From the NCBI GenBank assembly GCA_019056785.1, contig DXJV01000085.1, forward strand, positions 16,476-80,475: a DNA stretch of 64,000 nucleotides. The letters are read 5' to 3'. The notes beneath the pieces are model-generated. The model saw nothing but the letters and a program-made list of their open reading frames with translations, was not told where the DNA came from and ran no database searches. The DNA is from Candidatus Heimdallarchaeota archaeon (GTDB lineage: Archaea > Asgardarchaeota > Heimdallarchaeia > JABLTI01). How positions within the stretch are numbered: position 1 is the stretch's first letter; every line of letters begins with the position of its first letter. Of this stretch, positions 39,272 to 47,867 are shown one piece after another. The position numbers and the translations under genes were made by a program.

Positions 39272-40876
39272 TTATTTGCCTCCATCCTCTTTTTGGCTGA
39301 CAATCTCCTCGATGAGAAGGCGTACCGCTGTTAATTTTGAATGGCTCATCTTCTTCAGATGAGAGTAATCAATATTTTTCTTCGAGCTTGAAACGCCATA
39401 AATTGCCTCTGATTTTCGCCCTGTATCTTCTTCGTCTCCTTTTTGTTCAGCTTTTTGTGCTGTAATGAAGTCGAAGAGCTCTTTTGATATATCAATTGCT
39501 CTGGTATAAATTGGTATGTCCCATGGAGAAATGGGATTATCCTCTAGATATCCCACAGAAAGTAATGTCCCGACAATCATTCTATCCATTTTTTTGAACA
39601 TAATCACATCAGGAAAGCCGGGTGTAGGCATTACAAAGTCCTGTCGGTAAAGCAGGCTATGATTATGGAGGATAAGTAATTGTTCAAGGCTGATAGATTC
39701 ATCGTCTATTTCGAAAACATAGACTGGTTTAGAGTTGACTTTTACATACCCATAAAATTGGAATGCCTTGCTATTTTCCAGCCATTGACCAACACTTCGG
39801 CATTGGTTTTTATTCAAGAATTTAATATAATCATCGAGTTGATCCCATTCATGTTCATAGATGTTCCAAGTTTTCCGCCAATAGCCACTTGTATCTGCAT
39901 GCCAATAGACATTTGTTGCTTGACTTGCTTCCCGAAGCTCTTTCAGGAGTCGTCGTACTTGGGCGCCGCCACCTGCTTTATTAATCAAGTCTAAATCGTT
40001 TGTTAATTGTAAGGTTTGCTTGATGATTTCTTGAGGTTGGTCTTTAATTTCTTCAAAGGCTTCTTCTAACATCCGGTAGGAAAGTTTGTTGATTGGAGGG
40101 CCATAAATTGGCTTGAGAAAGCGAGGAACTGTACTGAAAGGATATTCGCCTTTCTCGAGTATTTTTTCACCGATTTTCATATGGATGTAATTTGCAAATG
40201 CTTCTCTCAGGAAACCAGTGAGATGTTTCTTCTTTACAAGTTCAGCCCGTTTATTGAGAATGGAAATCACTTCTAGTAGGAAGTTTTGAAAGAGCGAGAC
40301 CTTTCGGGAGCTTTCAGGAGGGACGTAGAATTCTTGCACACCAAAAGAGGAGAGCAAACGAATAACCGCCACCATGTCTTGGAAATAGGGCAAGCCCCAG
40401 GTGGCATTTTTGGTTTCTTTTAAACCATATACGTTATTTACAATTAACTCTTTGATGATCATATCTATTCTATAGATTTCAGAAAGAATCTCACTGTCGT
40501 TAGAGGCACTTTTCTCTGCAAAATAGGCGTGAGCAAAAGCATGGATGAACATCATTCGTAATGTGAAATCTCTGTCTGGACTCTCTTTGAACTCAAAAGG
40601 CAAGCTAAGATAAATCATTGTTGGCTTACTTGGAAAGACAGATATGCATTCATCGGGGAGGAAGTTTCTATTGCGGGATTTCCGTAAATTGTCAATCATT
40701 TCTTGGGAGAGTACGGCAAACGGACTGCCACCTAATTCGATTACTTGGTAAAGGCTCGCATGAAGGTCGGGGTCAATGAAGAGAAGGACCTTATAGTCCT
40801 CCGGTGTTTCGCCGACAAATTCTTGGAAGTCTTTTCGTGCTTGTTTATAAATTTCAACCACTCGCGGATTGTCCAA
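39272..40876 (-). CDS. Divergent SpoVR/YcgB-like zincin-fold protein
   Basis: IHAFAHAYFAEK and TGFLREAFANYIHMKI resemble the SpoVR motifs AHVYGHxDFF and TKIMNEGWASYWH; lies directly after AAA+ and VWA genes. Confidence 0.55.
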   Translation of the reverse strand: MDNPRVVEIYKQARKDFQEFVGETPEDYKVLLFIDPDLHASLYQVIELGGSPFAVLSQEMIDNLRKSRNRNFLPDECISVFPSKPTMIYLSLPFEFKESPDRDFTLRMMFIHAFAHAYFAEKSASNDSEILSEIYRIDMIIKELIVNNVYGLKETKNATWGLPYFQDMVAVIRLLSSFGVQEFYVPPESSRKVSLFQNFLLEVISILNKRAELVKKKHLTGFLREAFANYIHMKIGEKILEKGEYPFSTVPRFLKPIYGPPINKLSYRMLEEAFEEIKDQPQEIIKQTLQLTNDLDLINKAGGGAQVRRLLKELREASQATNVYWHADTSGYWRKTWNIYEHEWDQLDDYIKFLNKNQCRSVGQWLENSKAFQFYGYVKVNSKPVYVFEIDDESISLEQLLILHNHSLLYRQDFVMPTPGFPDVIMFKKMDRMIVGTLLSVGYLEDNPISPWDIPIYTRAIDISKELFDFITAQKAEQKGDEEDTGRKSEAIYGVSSSKKNIDYSHLKKMSHSKLTAVRLLIEEIVSQKEDGGK

Positions 40877-42254
40877 GTCTCATACTCTCCGTTACAATTG
40901 TTTTTGCCAAAACATCCATCCTTGATGGATCAATAACAATAGGATAGGTTATTCCTCGCAAGGCTCTTCTTGTATCGCGATACAGGTCAGTAAGTTTTAG
41001 CCGTTCAGAGCCAATGATGAAATAAGAGACCTTCCATGTTCGGCTCTGGTCGCGTATGGCGTCCCGGAGTAAGCTATTAATTTCAAAGTAGCAATTTCGT
41101 GTTACCGGGTCAATCCCCCCTGAGCGTTCTTCTTCGAAGTAATTTATAAGACTCTGGGAGGGGGTAGGTTCATAGCCTGGGATAAGCTCATTCGGTCTGC
41201 CATCAGTAACAATAATTAAATGAACGTCTCGATTTTGGGTGTTTTTCTTGACTTTCGCGTGTTCTATTGCTGTTTTAATAGATGCACTCATTGGAGTTCG
41301 TCCTTTTGCTGTTGCTGTTAGCAGGAAACGTTCTAGCTGGTCCTCAGAAGTGATAATTTGCCTTGTTTTCGATATTGGTACAACAGCCGTTCGAAAGGCT
41401 CGCTGATTTGTCCTGCGAGTCCGTCCTTGTCGTTTGAAATAATAAAAGATCGCCAGTGAAGTTAGAAGCGCACCTTCCAGACGTGAAAAATGAGTCCCTT
41501 GAACAACATTCCTCATAGATTGCGAAGTGTCAACGATAAGATAGATTTGCGCATTTCGGTCCTTTTTCATGACAACAATATCATCAATATCGATAGACTT
41601 TGGGGGAATCGTCTGTGAGGTGAAAATAGAGTGTTCAAAGGTTTTTTTCTTGTGAATTTTTCCTCGAGGGCGTACAATTGTGTCATTGACCGGTCGTGCT
41701 GGAAGTTGTCGCGCTAACCAATTGCCAAGCTGGTTGCCGAGAAAGTCCATCACTTCTTCCCGTTTAATGCGCATTTTATGTCCAAATCTATCGGTGATTT
41801 CAATATCAGTCAATTCCTCAAGTGTGCGAAGTGACTCTGTGAGTTGTTTTTTGTATTCTGCTGTTCCTTCGAAGCCTTTCAAATGTCGCTGGATGAATTG
41901 TTCGATTTCCTCTCGTGTCTGCAATTCGCCCATGTTCACTTTTAATAAAGCATCCGGTAGTGCATTGTTGCCAATATACTCAAGTATTTCCAACTCGCGA
42001 ATCAAGTCTTCTTCCTCGAGTGGCTCCATTGGAGTGACCAGAAGCCTGTGTTGTATGTTTTTTACAGCAACGGCATTTTCAAGAGCCATACCTAAAACCA
42101 AAGCCTCACGTGAGCTCTGTCCTTTCCGGGGATCACGCCATTTCTGAAGGACACTTGCAGCATCGGCAAAGTCGAACACAAAATCAGGGTCACGCCACAC
42201 CATCAAAGGGTCTGTGAATCGCTCTCGACTGATTACGTGTATTCTGTGAGGCAT
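40854..42254 (-). CDS. VWA domain protein (YeaH/Rv0959-like partner of the AAA+ ATPase)
   Basis: MIDAS IVDTSQSM, GRTPM, IIVTDGRPN. Confidence 0.85.
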   Translation of the reverse strand: MPHRIHVISRERFTDPLMVWRDPDFVFDFADAASVLQKWRDPRKGQSSREALVLGMALENAVAVKNIQHRLLVTPMEPLEEEDLIRELEILEYIGNNALPDALLKVNMGELQTREEIEQFIQRHLKGFEGTAEYKKQLTESLRTLEELTDIEITDRFGHKMRIKREEVMDFLGNQLGNWLARQLPARPVNDTIVRPRGKIHKKKTFEHSIFTSQTIPPKSIDIDDIVVMKKDRNAQIYLIVDTSQSMRNVVQGTHFSRLEGALLTSLAIFYYFKRQGRTRRTNQRAFRTAVVPISKTRQIITSEDQLERFLLTATAKGRTPMSASIKTAIEHAKVKKNTQNRDVHLIIVTDGRPNELIPGYEPTPSQSLINYFEEERSGGIDPVTRNCYFEINSLLRDAIRDQSRTWKVSYFIIGSERLKLTDLYRDTRRALRGITYPIVIDPSRMDVLAKTIVTESMRLGQSASG

Positions 42255-42305
42255 TTTATTTGCTCTCCAATTTTCTTAAAGTGTTCTTTAATCATTCTTT
42301 CGTTT

Positions 42306-43868
42306 TTAGATATGGTCTACAAGTAGCAATTGTTCATAGCTTGGTTTTAATTGTGAAATGACCGCTTCTTGTATTTTCTTTGGCTGCTTTTCTAAGCCTT
42401 CATAAGCAATTATGATTTTACTTAGTTCCTCATCTGTCAATGCTTTCATTTTATCAATATCTTCAGAAATTGATTGCACCGTTGTCAGTTCCTCGTCAGT
42501 TTTAATAGTTCGTCGAAGCATGGTCTTTACTTCTTGCATAGCATCATTGATGAGGTTTCTTGGAATATCGAAGAGCTCGACAATGCGTTTTGCGTCATCT
42601 AATGTGAGCATTGCAACACTGTTTTGTTTATAAAACTCATCCTTTCGGAGAACGGTCTCACCAATGAGCGAATAAAGAGTACGTAAGTCAACATGAGGAG
42701 TCTTTTCGGGGTCATGAATTTCAATTAAAGATTTAAAGAACATATCTCGAGTAACTTTCTTACGAGCATAAGCTTCAGTTTCGCCGGATTTTAGTGCATT
42801 AGGAATTGAGAGGTCAGCCATCAAACCGATGAATTGAATTGCTAGTTTGCTGACACCTTTCTTACCAAATTGTTTTGTCTTCTCGAGAAGTGATACTAGG
42901 GCAGGATTTGCTGTCATATCATTTAAGCAGAGTGTTAAATGCTCTTTAAACATGTCTTCAACGATCTTGATACGTTCGAGTTTTGTTCTTGCTGGCCACA
43001 GAACTTCAGGAATACGATTGATAATTGGTTGTGCTTCTTCACCAAAAACACTAAGTGGAGCATTTGAAGTAAAGATCATTGCACCGTCTACGAAAACGGG
43101 TCGACCTTGAATACTATATTTGATACCGCTTGGGTCCTCGAGGAAACCCATTAAGGCTTCCAAGAAATTCAATGGTAAACGCTGGATTTCGTTCACAACA
43201 ACAAACCCTTGGGAGAGAACACCAACTTTATGTGCCATCGGAGAAAATGTTGTTGAAGTTTTGCCACCGAACAATTGCTCAAGGTTTTCCACCCCTGCGA
43301 GGAGCATGTATAGCCCTTCTGGGTCATTTCGAGGGTCAATTTGAGCAACATTTACAACAGTCTTGTCAGCTTTTACAGCGTTTAAAGCTTTTATGACTTG
43401 CTCTGTCTCGAGAGCTAAGATATCATTACTTCTGTCGAGATTAATATCTTGATTTGTCACTTTCTTAATCGACTCAGCGATATTTTGCTTACAGAAAGGA
43501 CAAAGATTCTTCAAGACTTCTGCAGAAGCAGCAGGATCCTTAGCATAATTTTCTGCAATATGAATAAGATACCCGGCATCTTCATTAAAGGGGCAACCAG
43601 CTATATGGTATTTCCGCTCATTAATAGCGTTTGTGAGATGCTTAAGGATTGTTCGAGCAAAAAGAGTCTTGGCTTCTCCAGTAGGACCAATTAATAAGAC
43701 CTTTCCAGAGACAGCAATCTTGTCCATCACAATTCCTTTCGAATGGACGTTTCCGCGAACAGCAGGATCTTCATTGATTTGTTTTCGCAATTCAGGCTCA
43801 TTTAATAATCTTCGAACAGAACATCCTTTATATCCTTTCTTCGCAAGGGACGCTATTGTCATCGTCAT
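42306..43868 (-). CDS. AAA+ ATPase of the PrkA/YeaG / Rv0958 (chelatase-like) group
   Basis: Walker A variant GPTGEAKT, IAGCPFNED...LCPFC zinc-like motif, Walker B variant VVVNEIQR, IFTSN sensor 1, IINRI arginine finger. Confidence 0.8.
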   Translation of the reverse strand: MTMTIASLAKKGYKGCSVRRLLNEPELRKQINEDPAVRGNVHSKGIVMDKIAVSGKVLLIGPTGEAKTLFARTILKHLTNAINERKYHIAGCPFNEDAGYLIHIAENYAKDPAASAEVLKNLCPFCKQNIAESIKKVTNQDINLDRSNDILALETEQVIKALNAVKADKTVVNVAQIDPRNDPEGLYMLLAGVENLEQLFGGKTSTTFSPMAHKVGVLSQGFVVVNEIQRLPLNFLEALMGFLEDPSGIKYSIQGRPVFVDGAMIFTSNAPLSVFGEEAQPIINRIPEVLWPARTKLERIKIVEDMFKEHLTLCLNDMTANPALVSLLEKTKQFGKKGVSKLAIQFIGLMADLSIPNALKSGETEAYARKKVTRDMFFKSLIEIHDPEKTPHVDLRTLYSLIGETVLRKDEFYKQNSVAMLTLDDAKRIVELFDIPRNLINDAMQEVKTMLRRTIKTDEELTTVQSISEDIDKMKALTDEELSKIIIAYEGLEKQPKKIQEAVISQLKPSYEQLLLVDHI

Positions 43869-43906
43869 TTTTTTTTCACACTCACTTTTTAAACTTCAAT
43901 TTTTTT

Positions 43907-44455
43907 TCAATGCTTTTTTTCACTCTTTCTGGAAGAGGACTTCTTTTTAAGTACTTTGGGTTTAATCCCAAGAGTTTCAATGTACATATCCAGCCATTCC
44001 AAACAGGCCAGTATGTCTTCTTTTTTATTTTCATGAATTTCTAAAACATTCCAGAGTCGATCTGTCAGACGAATGAGAGAAAAGGCTTCGATAATCTCTG
44101 ATTTTGTTAGAGCAATGGCTTTTTCAGCATTGTAACTCGCAATGAGGATGGGTATGTTTGCGGTTCGAGTGTCCCAAACGAATGTCTCCCAGAGGAATTC
44201 CTTAATCTTTGAAAGTTCGTCCATCTTTGTCGCGTTTACGATAAATATTGCACCATCGGTTTTTTTCAACACCGAGTCTGGTATCGTTCTATCAAAATCC
44301 GGTTCCTCAATAGAAAAGGTGTAATGCGGAATGTTCTCTTTTGGATTCTTCACTTCTTCTTTGATGATGTTGATAATGTAGTCTCGAGTGTCATTCTTTT
44401 CACCAAGTAAGAGAATATGTTTGGGTGGTTTTTGTCGTTTGAACATTGTTTTCAC
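43907..44455 (-). CDS. Arf/Arl-like small GTPase fold with degenerate G motifs (pseudo-GTPase)
   Basis: HILLLG then EKNDTRD in place of the P-loop; TDGAIFIVNAT, NIPILIASY, DRLWNVLE, ILACLEWL. Confidence 0.7.
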   Translation of the reverse strand: MKTMFKRQKPPKHILLLGEKNDTRDYIINIIKEEVKNPKENIPHYTFSIEEPDFDRTIPDSVLKKTDGAIFIVNATKMDELSKIKEFLWETFVWDTRTANIPILIASYNAEKAIALTKSEIIEAFSLIRLTDRLWNVLEIHENKKEDILACLEWLDMYIETLGIKPKVLKKKSSSRKSEKKH

Positions 44456-44706
44456 CGCAAGAGGAATGTTGTATTCAAGGCATCCTGAGTTTAATGAATC
44501 CTTCTTCCATTAAAGCTTTAGAGCGTTTTTTTTGGTGGCAGTTTTTGTTATTAAATTATTTTGTTATTCTTTTTATTCTTACAATGCCACCAATTTTACT
44601 GATTGTAGGAATTCATGTTTAAAAAGCTGTTGTTAGAAAAATTAAAAAAAGGTTCAAAAAGTTATTCAATAATAACCTCCACTATTTTTGCTGAAGGTGT
44701 AATTCA

Positions 44707-45399
44707 TTGGGTGAAAAAGAACTAACGAAACAACCAGCAGAAGAACAAGAAATTCTTACGCCCGAAACAGAAGAAGAAAGAGAAGAGGAAAAGGGAGTAT
44801 CAACAAGTGAAGAAGAGCAATCTTTCCGGACAGATTTTAGCCTGCCAATCAAAATCAAGCGGATAAAAATTCTCATTGCAATTGTTATTAACCTCATTCT
44901 GGGAGGAGTCACAACAAGTATGGGCATTTATTTCTTTGTAAAACCTCAAGTAAACAATTCAACATATAATGTCATCTTTGCGATTTTTATGGTACTTTTT
45001 GGTGGCATTATCTTTCTCCAATTTCCCTTTGTTATGGCCCGTACTATCAACTCGCAACTGATCCTTTCTGGTGAAGAAATCAAATTGCGGAATGCCTTTA
45101 GCTGGAAAAAGGTCCTATGGAGAGAGGTAGAAGAGATTCTTGCCCGTGAAAAACTTTCAAAAGATCTGGCTGAAAGCGAGTTACTTGCCGTGGACTTGAT
45201 ACGCTTCCGTACAGTAACAACAAGCATTCATTTCCTCGTAGAAAATTACCCTGCTGCAGATGCAGATGAAATGCTTCTTGCAATCGCCAGAACCTTCGAG
45301 CGTGTTTTAGAAGGTACGGATTTTGAAGTAGAAGAGCGTACAGAACGACCTTCTTTACAAACACGATTGCGCTATTTTGTTAAGGTAGCTAAAAAGTAA
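44707..45399 (+). CDS. 2-TM membrane protein with a bacterial PH-like soluble domain
   Basis: Acidic N-tail, two TM helices, then LILSGEEIKLRNAFSWKKVLWREVEEI. Confidence 0.65.
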   Translation: MGEKELTKQPAEEQEILTPETEEEREEEKGVSTSEEEQSFRTDFSLPIKIKRIKILIAIVINLILGGVTTSMGIYFFVKPQVNNSTYNVIFAIFMVLFGGIIFLQFPFVMARTINSQLILSGEEIKLRNAFSWKKVLWREVEEILAREKLSKDLAESELLAVDLIRFRTVTTSIHFLVENYPAADADEMLLAIARTFERVLEGTDFEVEERTERPSLQTRLRYFVKVAKK

Positions 45400-45463
45400 A
45401 AAAAGAGCGAAGCAAGTCTCACTCGAGTTGCTTCTGCTTTTCAACCCCTCTTTCTTTTCCGAT

Positions 45464-46525
45464 TTATTTCTTAGTTTCAGCTTTCATTCGTGATTGTGCT
45501 ATGAGTTCAAAACCCATGGCGTTGCACATTACGGGATTATCTGGAATAACAACTTCATCCGGTGACTTAACAATATTGGATTCCCACATCTTTTGTTTCA
45601 GCACTTCACCGAAAACATGAGCACCACCACCGGTAAGTATCACGCGTTCAATCCAAGCATCAGGTGGTAGGGTTCCCAATAATCTCGAGGTTTCATCGAT
45701 GATTATTTCTGAAATGTTTTCGATGTAATAATTCTTCACTTCAGAGACATCGAATTGTTGGCCACTTACCATGACCGCTGAAAGATTCTTCTCGATGGTC
45801 TTCATTAAATCAAAGGGCCGGATGATCTTTCCTGTTTGTTCTTGCAAAGTTCGAGCCATCCGTGTTGTGAGGGTGTCAACAGCTTCTTCTAAGCTCCCAC
45901 TTGCGGTTCGCATCAATCTTCCTTGATATACTGTAAGAATGTCTGTGGAGCCATGACCAATGTCTACAATAATCGCATCAACAGCACGATTTTCACCAGA
46001 TGTTTTCAAAATTTGATAATAAGAGCCATAGGGTTCTGGTAAGACAAGGCATTTCTCAACCACAACATTATAATTGAGCGTTTCTCCAGTGGCATCGTTG
46101 CGTACTTTAATGTTCATCTCTTCGGAGAGTCCTTTGGAGAGCGTGGACATTTCTTCTTGTGAAGTTGCCACAGGCACACCTGTCGCAATAAGAATATGTT
46201 CGCCATCATTTTTAATGAAAAGAGAAAGCGCTGCTTTAATGGCTATCACAGCATCTTTAATGCTTTTCATTTTTCCTTCCGAAGCTAAGGGACGTTTAAT
46301 TTCACTTTGTAAGCGTGCTAATTCACCCACGAAGAAGTTTTGACCTCCTTCCTCCAGTACCAGGTTGTTTTCCAATGACTTGTCAAGAGTCATGCCAGTC
46401 CAACCAGGATTCGGATCACCAATGATTGAGGGAATTCGTATCAATTTCTTTCCGGTGTCCGAAGACATTTTAATAGTACTAGTTCCCAAGTCAATTCCGA
46501 CAGTTCGTAATACTTTTTTTGACAC
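45464..46525 (-). CDS. Actin-like ATPase, ParM/StbA/MamK-like
   Basis: GIDLGTSTIK (phosphate 1), IPSIIG, FVGELA, LPEPYG, VDIGHGSTD (phosphate 2), ILTGGGA (adenosine), NAMG. Confidence 0.88.
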   Translation of the reverse strand: MSKKVLRTVGIDLGTSTIKMSSDTGKKLIRIPSIIGDPNPGWTGMTLDKSLENNLVLEEGGQNFFVGELARLQSEIKRPLASEGKMKSIKDAVIAIKAALSLFIKNDGEHILIATGVPVATSQEEMSTLSKGLSEEMNIKVRNDATGETLNYNVVVEKCLVLPEPYGSYYQILKTSGENRAVDAIIVDIGHGSTDILTVYQGRLMRTASGSLEEAVDTLTTRMARTLQEQTGKIIRPFDLMKTIEKNLSAVMVSGQQFDVSEVKNYYIENISEIIIDETSRLLGTLPPDAWIERVILTGGGAHVFGEVLKQKMWESNIVKSPDEVVIPDNPVMCNAMGFELIAQSRMKAETKK

Positions 46526-46838
46526 TTTCTGAACCTTCTATTGTTCTAAAATTGTTTAACATCTAGCAAATAAAAACTTCTCGCTTTTAGCATATCAATT
46601 TTATCAGCTAGAAGCAAGTTCTTTGTATTATTATGCTTTTTGCCTTGAATTTTATTAGAAAATCTTTCCTATTTAAAATAATTGTTCTGTGTTTAAATGT
46701 TCTGCCAAGAGTTTCAGCAAAAATTCATTCTTTTTCTTCTTTTTTTTCAATTTGCCTTCAAAGAAATTTTATTTAAAGAAGGAGTGAATTATAACGTATG
46801 GAAAAAATCACGGAAAAATACTTGAATAGTGAGTTATT

Positions 46839-47804
46839 GTGACCTCTGAAATCTATGAGCATAGTTCAATTGTTGCTGCGCATTTAGCTGTGGACATTTG
46901 TAATGTTGAGAATTTAAATACCTTGTACGAAAAACCAGTTGATTTGGCAATCATCGCCCATAAAAAACGCTATGTAAAGCAAAAGCTCTTCGGAAAGATG
47001 CTCGATCATTTGGTAGCAAATAATTACCTCGAAAAGCAAGGCGAAATCTATTCGCTCATGGAGAAATGGCGCCGGTCCCTCCCTCCCTTGAGTGTCTCGC
47101 AAGGTATTTTGCATGAGCAAGGAATTTACCAGATTTATCCATTTATGCAAACACTCGCAAAAAATTTTGTTGATATTATTAAAAATGATGTTTCAAAGCT
47201 TGAATTGCAGAAATTAATTTATTACATTGATAGTATTGATAGTTCCAAAGGACTCCATAAAATTCGTTCTGAAATCATTTCCGCAACAAATATCAACAGT
47301 TCTGTCCAGAGCATTTTGGACATTAGTTTTGGAATGGGACATAGCGCTATTCAATTAGCCAACACTTTCCCAAAAAGGAATATTTATTCTTTACAGCTTA
47401 ATCCATTATTTAGTGAAGCTTTTGAATATACCATTCAGAAAACGCAAAAGACGAACTTGTCTTATTCCACAAAATATCCTTCTGAACTTCTACAAAAATT
47501 AAGAGCAGAAAAAGTCGATGCAATTTTTCTGTTTAATCCCCTCGGCTTCGAAAGTCCTGAGCTTGAAAAAATTCTTACTATTGCAAATCAGGTGTCTCAT
47601 GATGGAACAAAATTACTTTTGCATGTGCCGCTTACAAAGAAGCCGAAAGAAACGTTAATTGCCGAATGGCTGGCTGAGTGCATTGAAGTGATTGATACCT
47701 ACCATAATTTTGATTATTACAATGTTGCTTTAAGCAACAATAAATTTTCAGTTACAAAATCAACTTCACATTACTTCTTGGCGGACTTTGATTCGAGCCT
47801 TTAA
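46839..47804 (+). CDS. Divergent methyltransferase-fold protein with N-terminal wHTH
   Basis: MLDHLVANNYLEK wHTH-like segment; ILDISFGMGHSA SAM-motif variant. Confidence 0.55.
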   Translation: MTSEIYEHSSIVAAHLAVDICNVENLNTLYEKPVDLAIIAHKKRYVKQKLFGKMLDHLVANNYLEKQGEIYSLMEKWRRSLPPLSVSQGILHEQGIYQIYPFMQTLAKNFVDIIKNDVSKLELQKLIYYIDSIDSSKGLHKIRSEIISATNINSSVQSILDISFGMGHSAIQLANTFPKRNIYSLQLNPLFSEAFEYTIQKTQKTNLSYSTKYPSELLQKLRAEKVDAIFLFNPLGFESPELEKILTIANQVSHDGTKLLLHVPLTKKPKETLIAEWLAECIEVIDTYHNFDYYNVALSNNKFSVTKSTSHYFLADFDSSL

Positions 47805-47867
47805 TTTCTTTTTTTTGCACACATTTAAGAAGGTTTGAAAAATGACCTGAGTTATTAACAGAAAGCA

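Noticed and set aside
40854-43868. Magnesium/cobalt chelatase I/D subunits
   Set aside because: No H/CobN subunit or tetrapyrrole genes nearby; the Walker variants and downstream SpoVR-like gene fit a different family.
45464-46525. Bona fide eukaryote-like actin (Lokiactin) or a plasmid parMRC cassette
   Set aside because: It lacks actin-specific signatures (DNGSG, LTEAPLNP, WIGGS), and no parR gene or parC repeats are adjacent.
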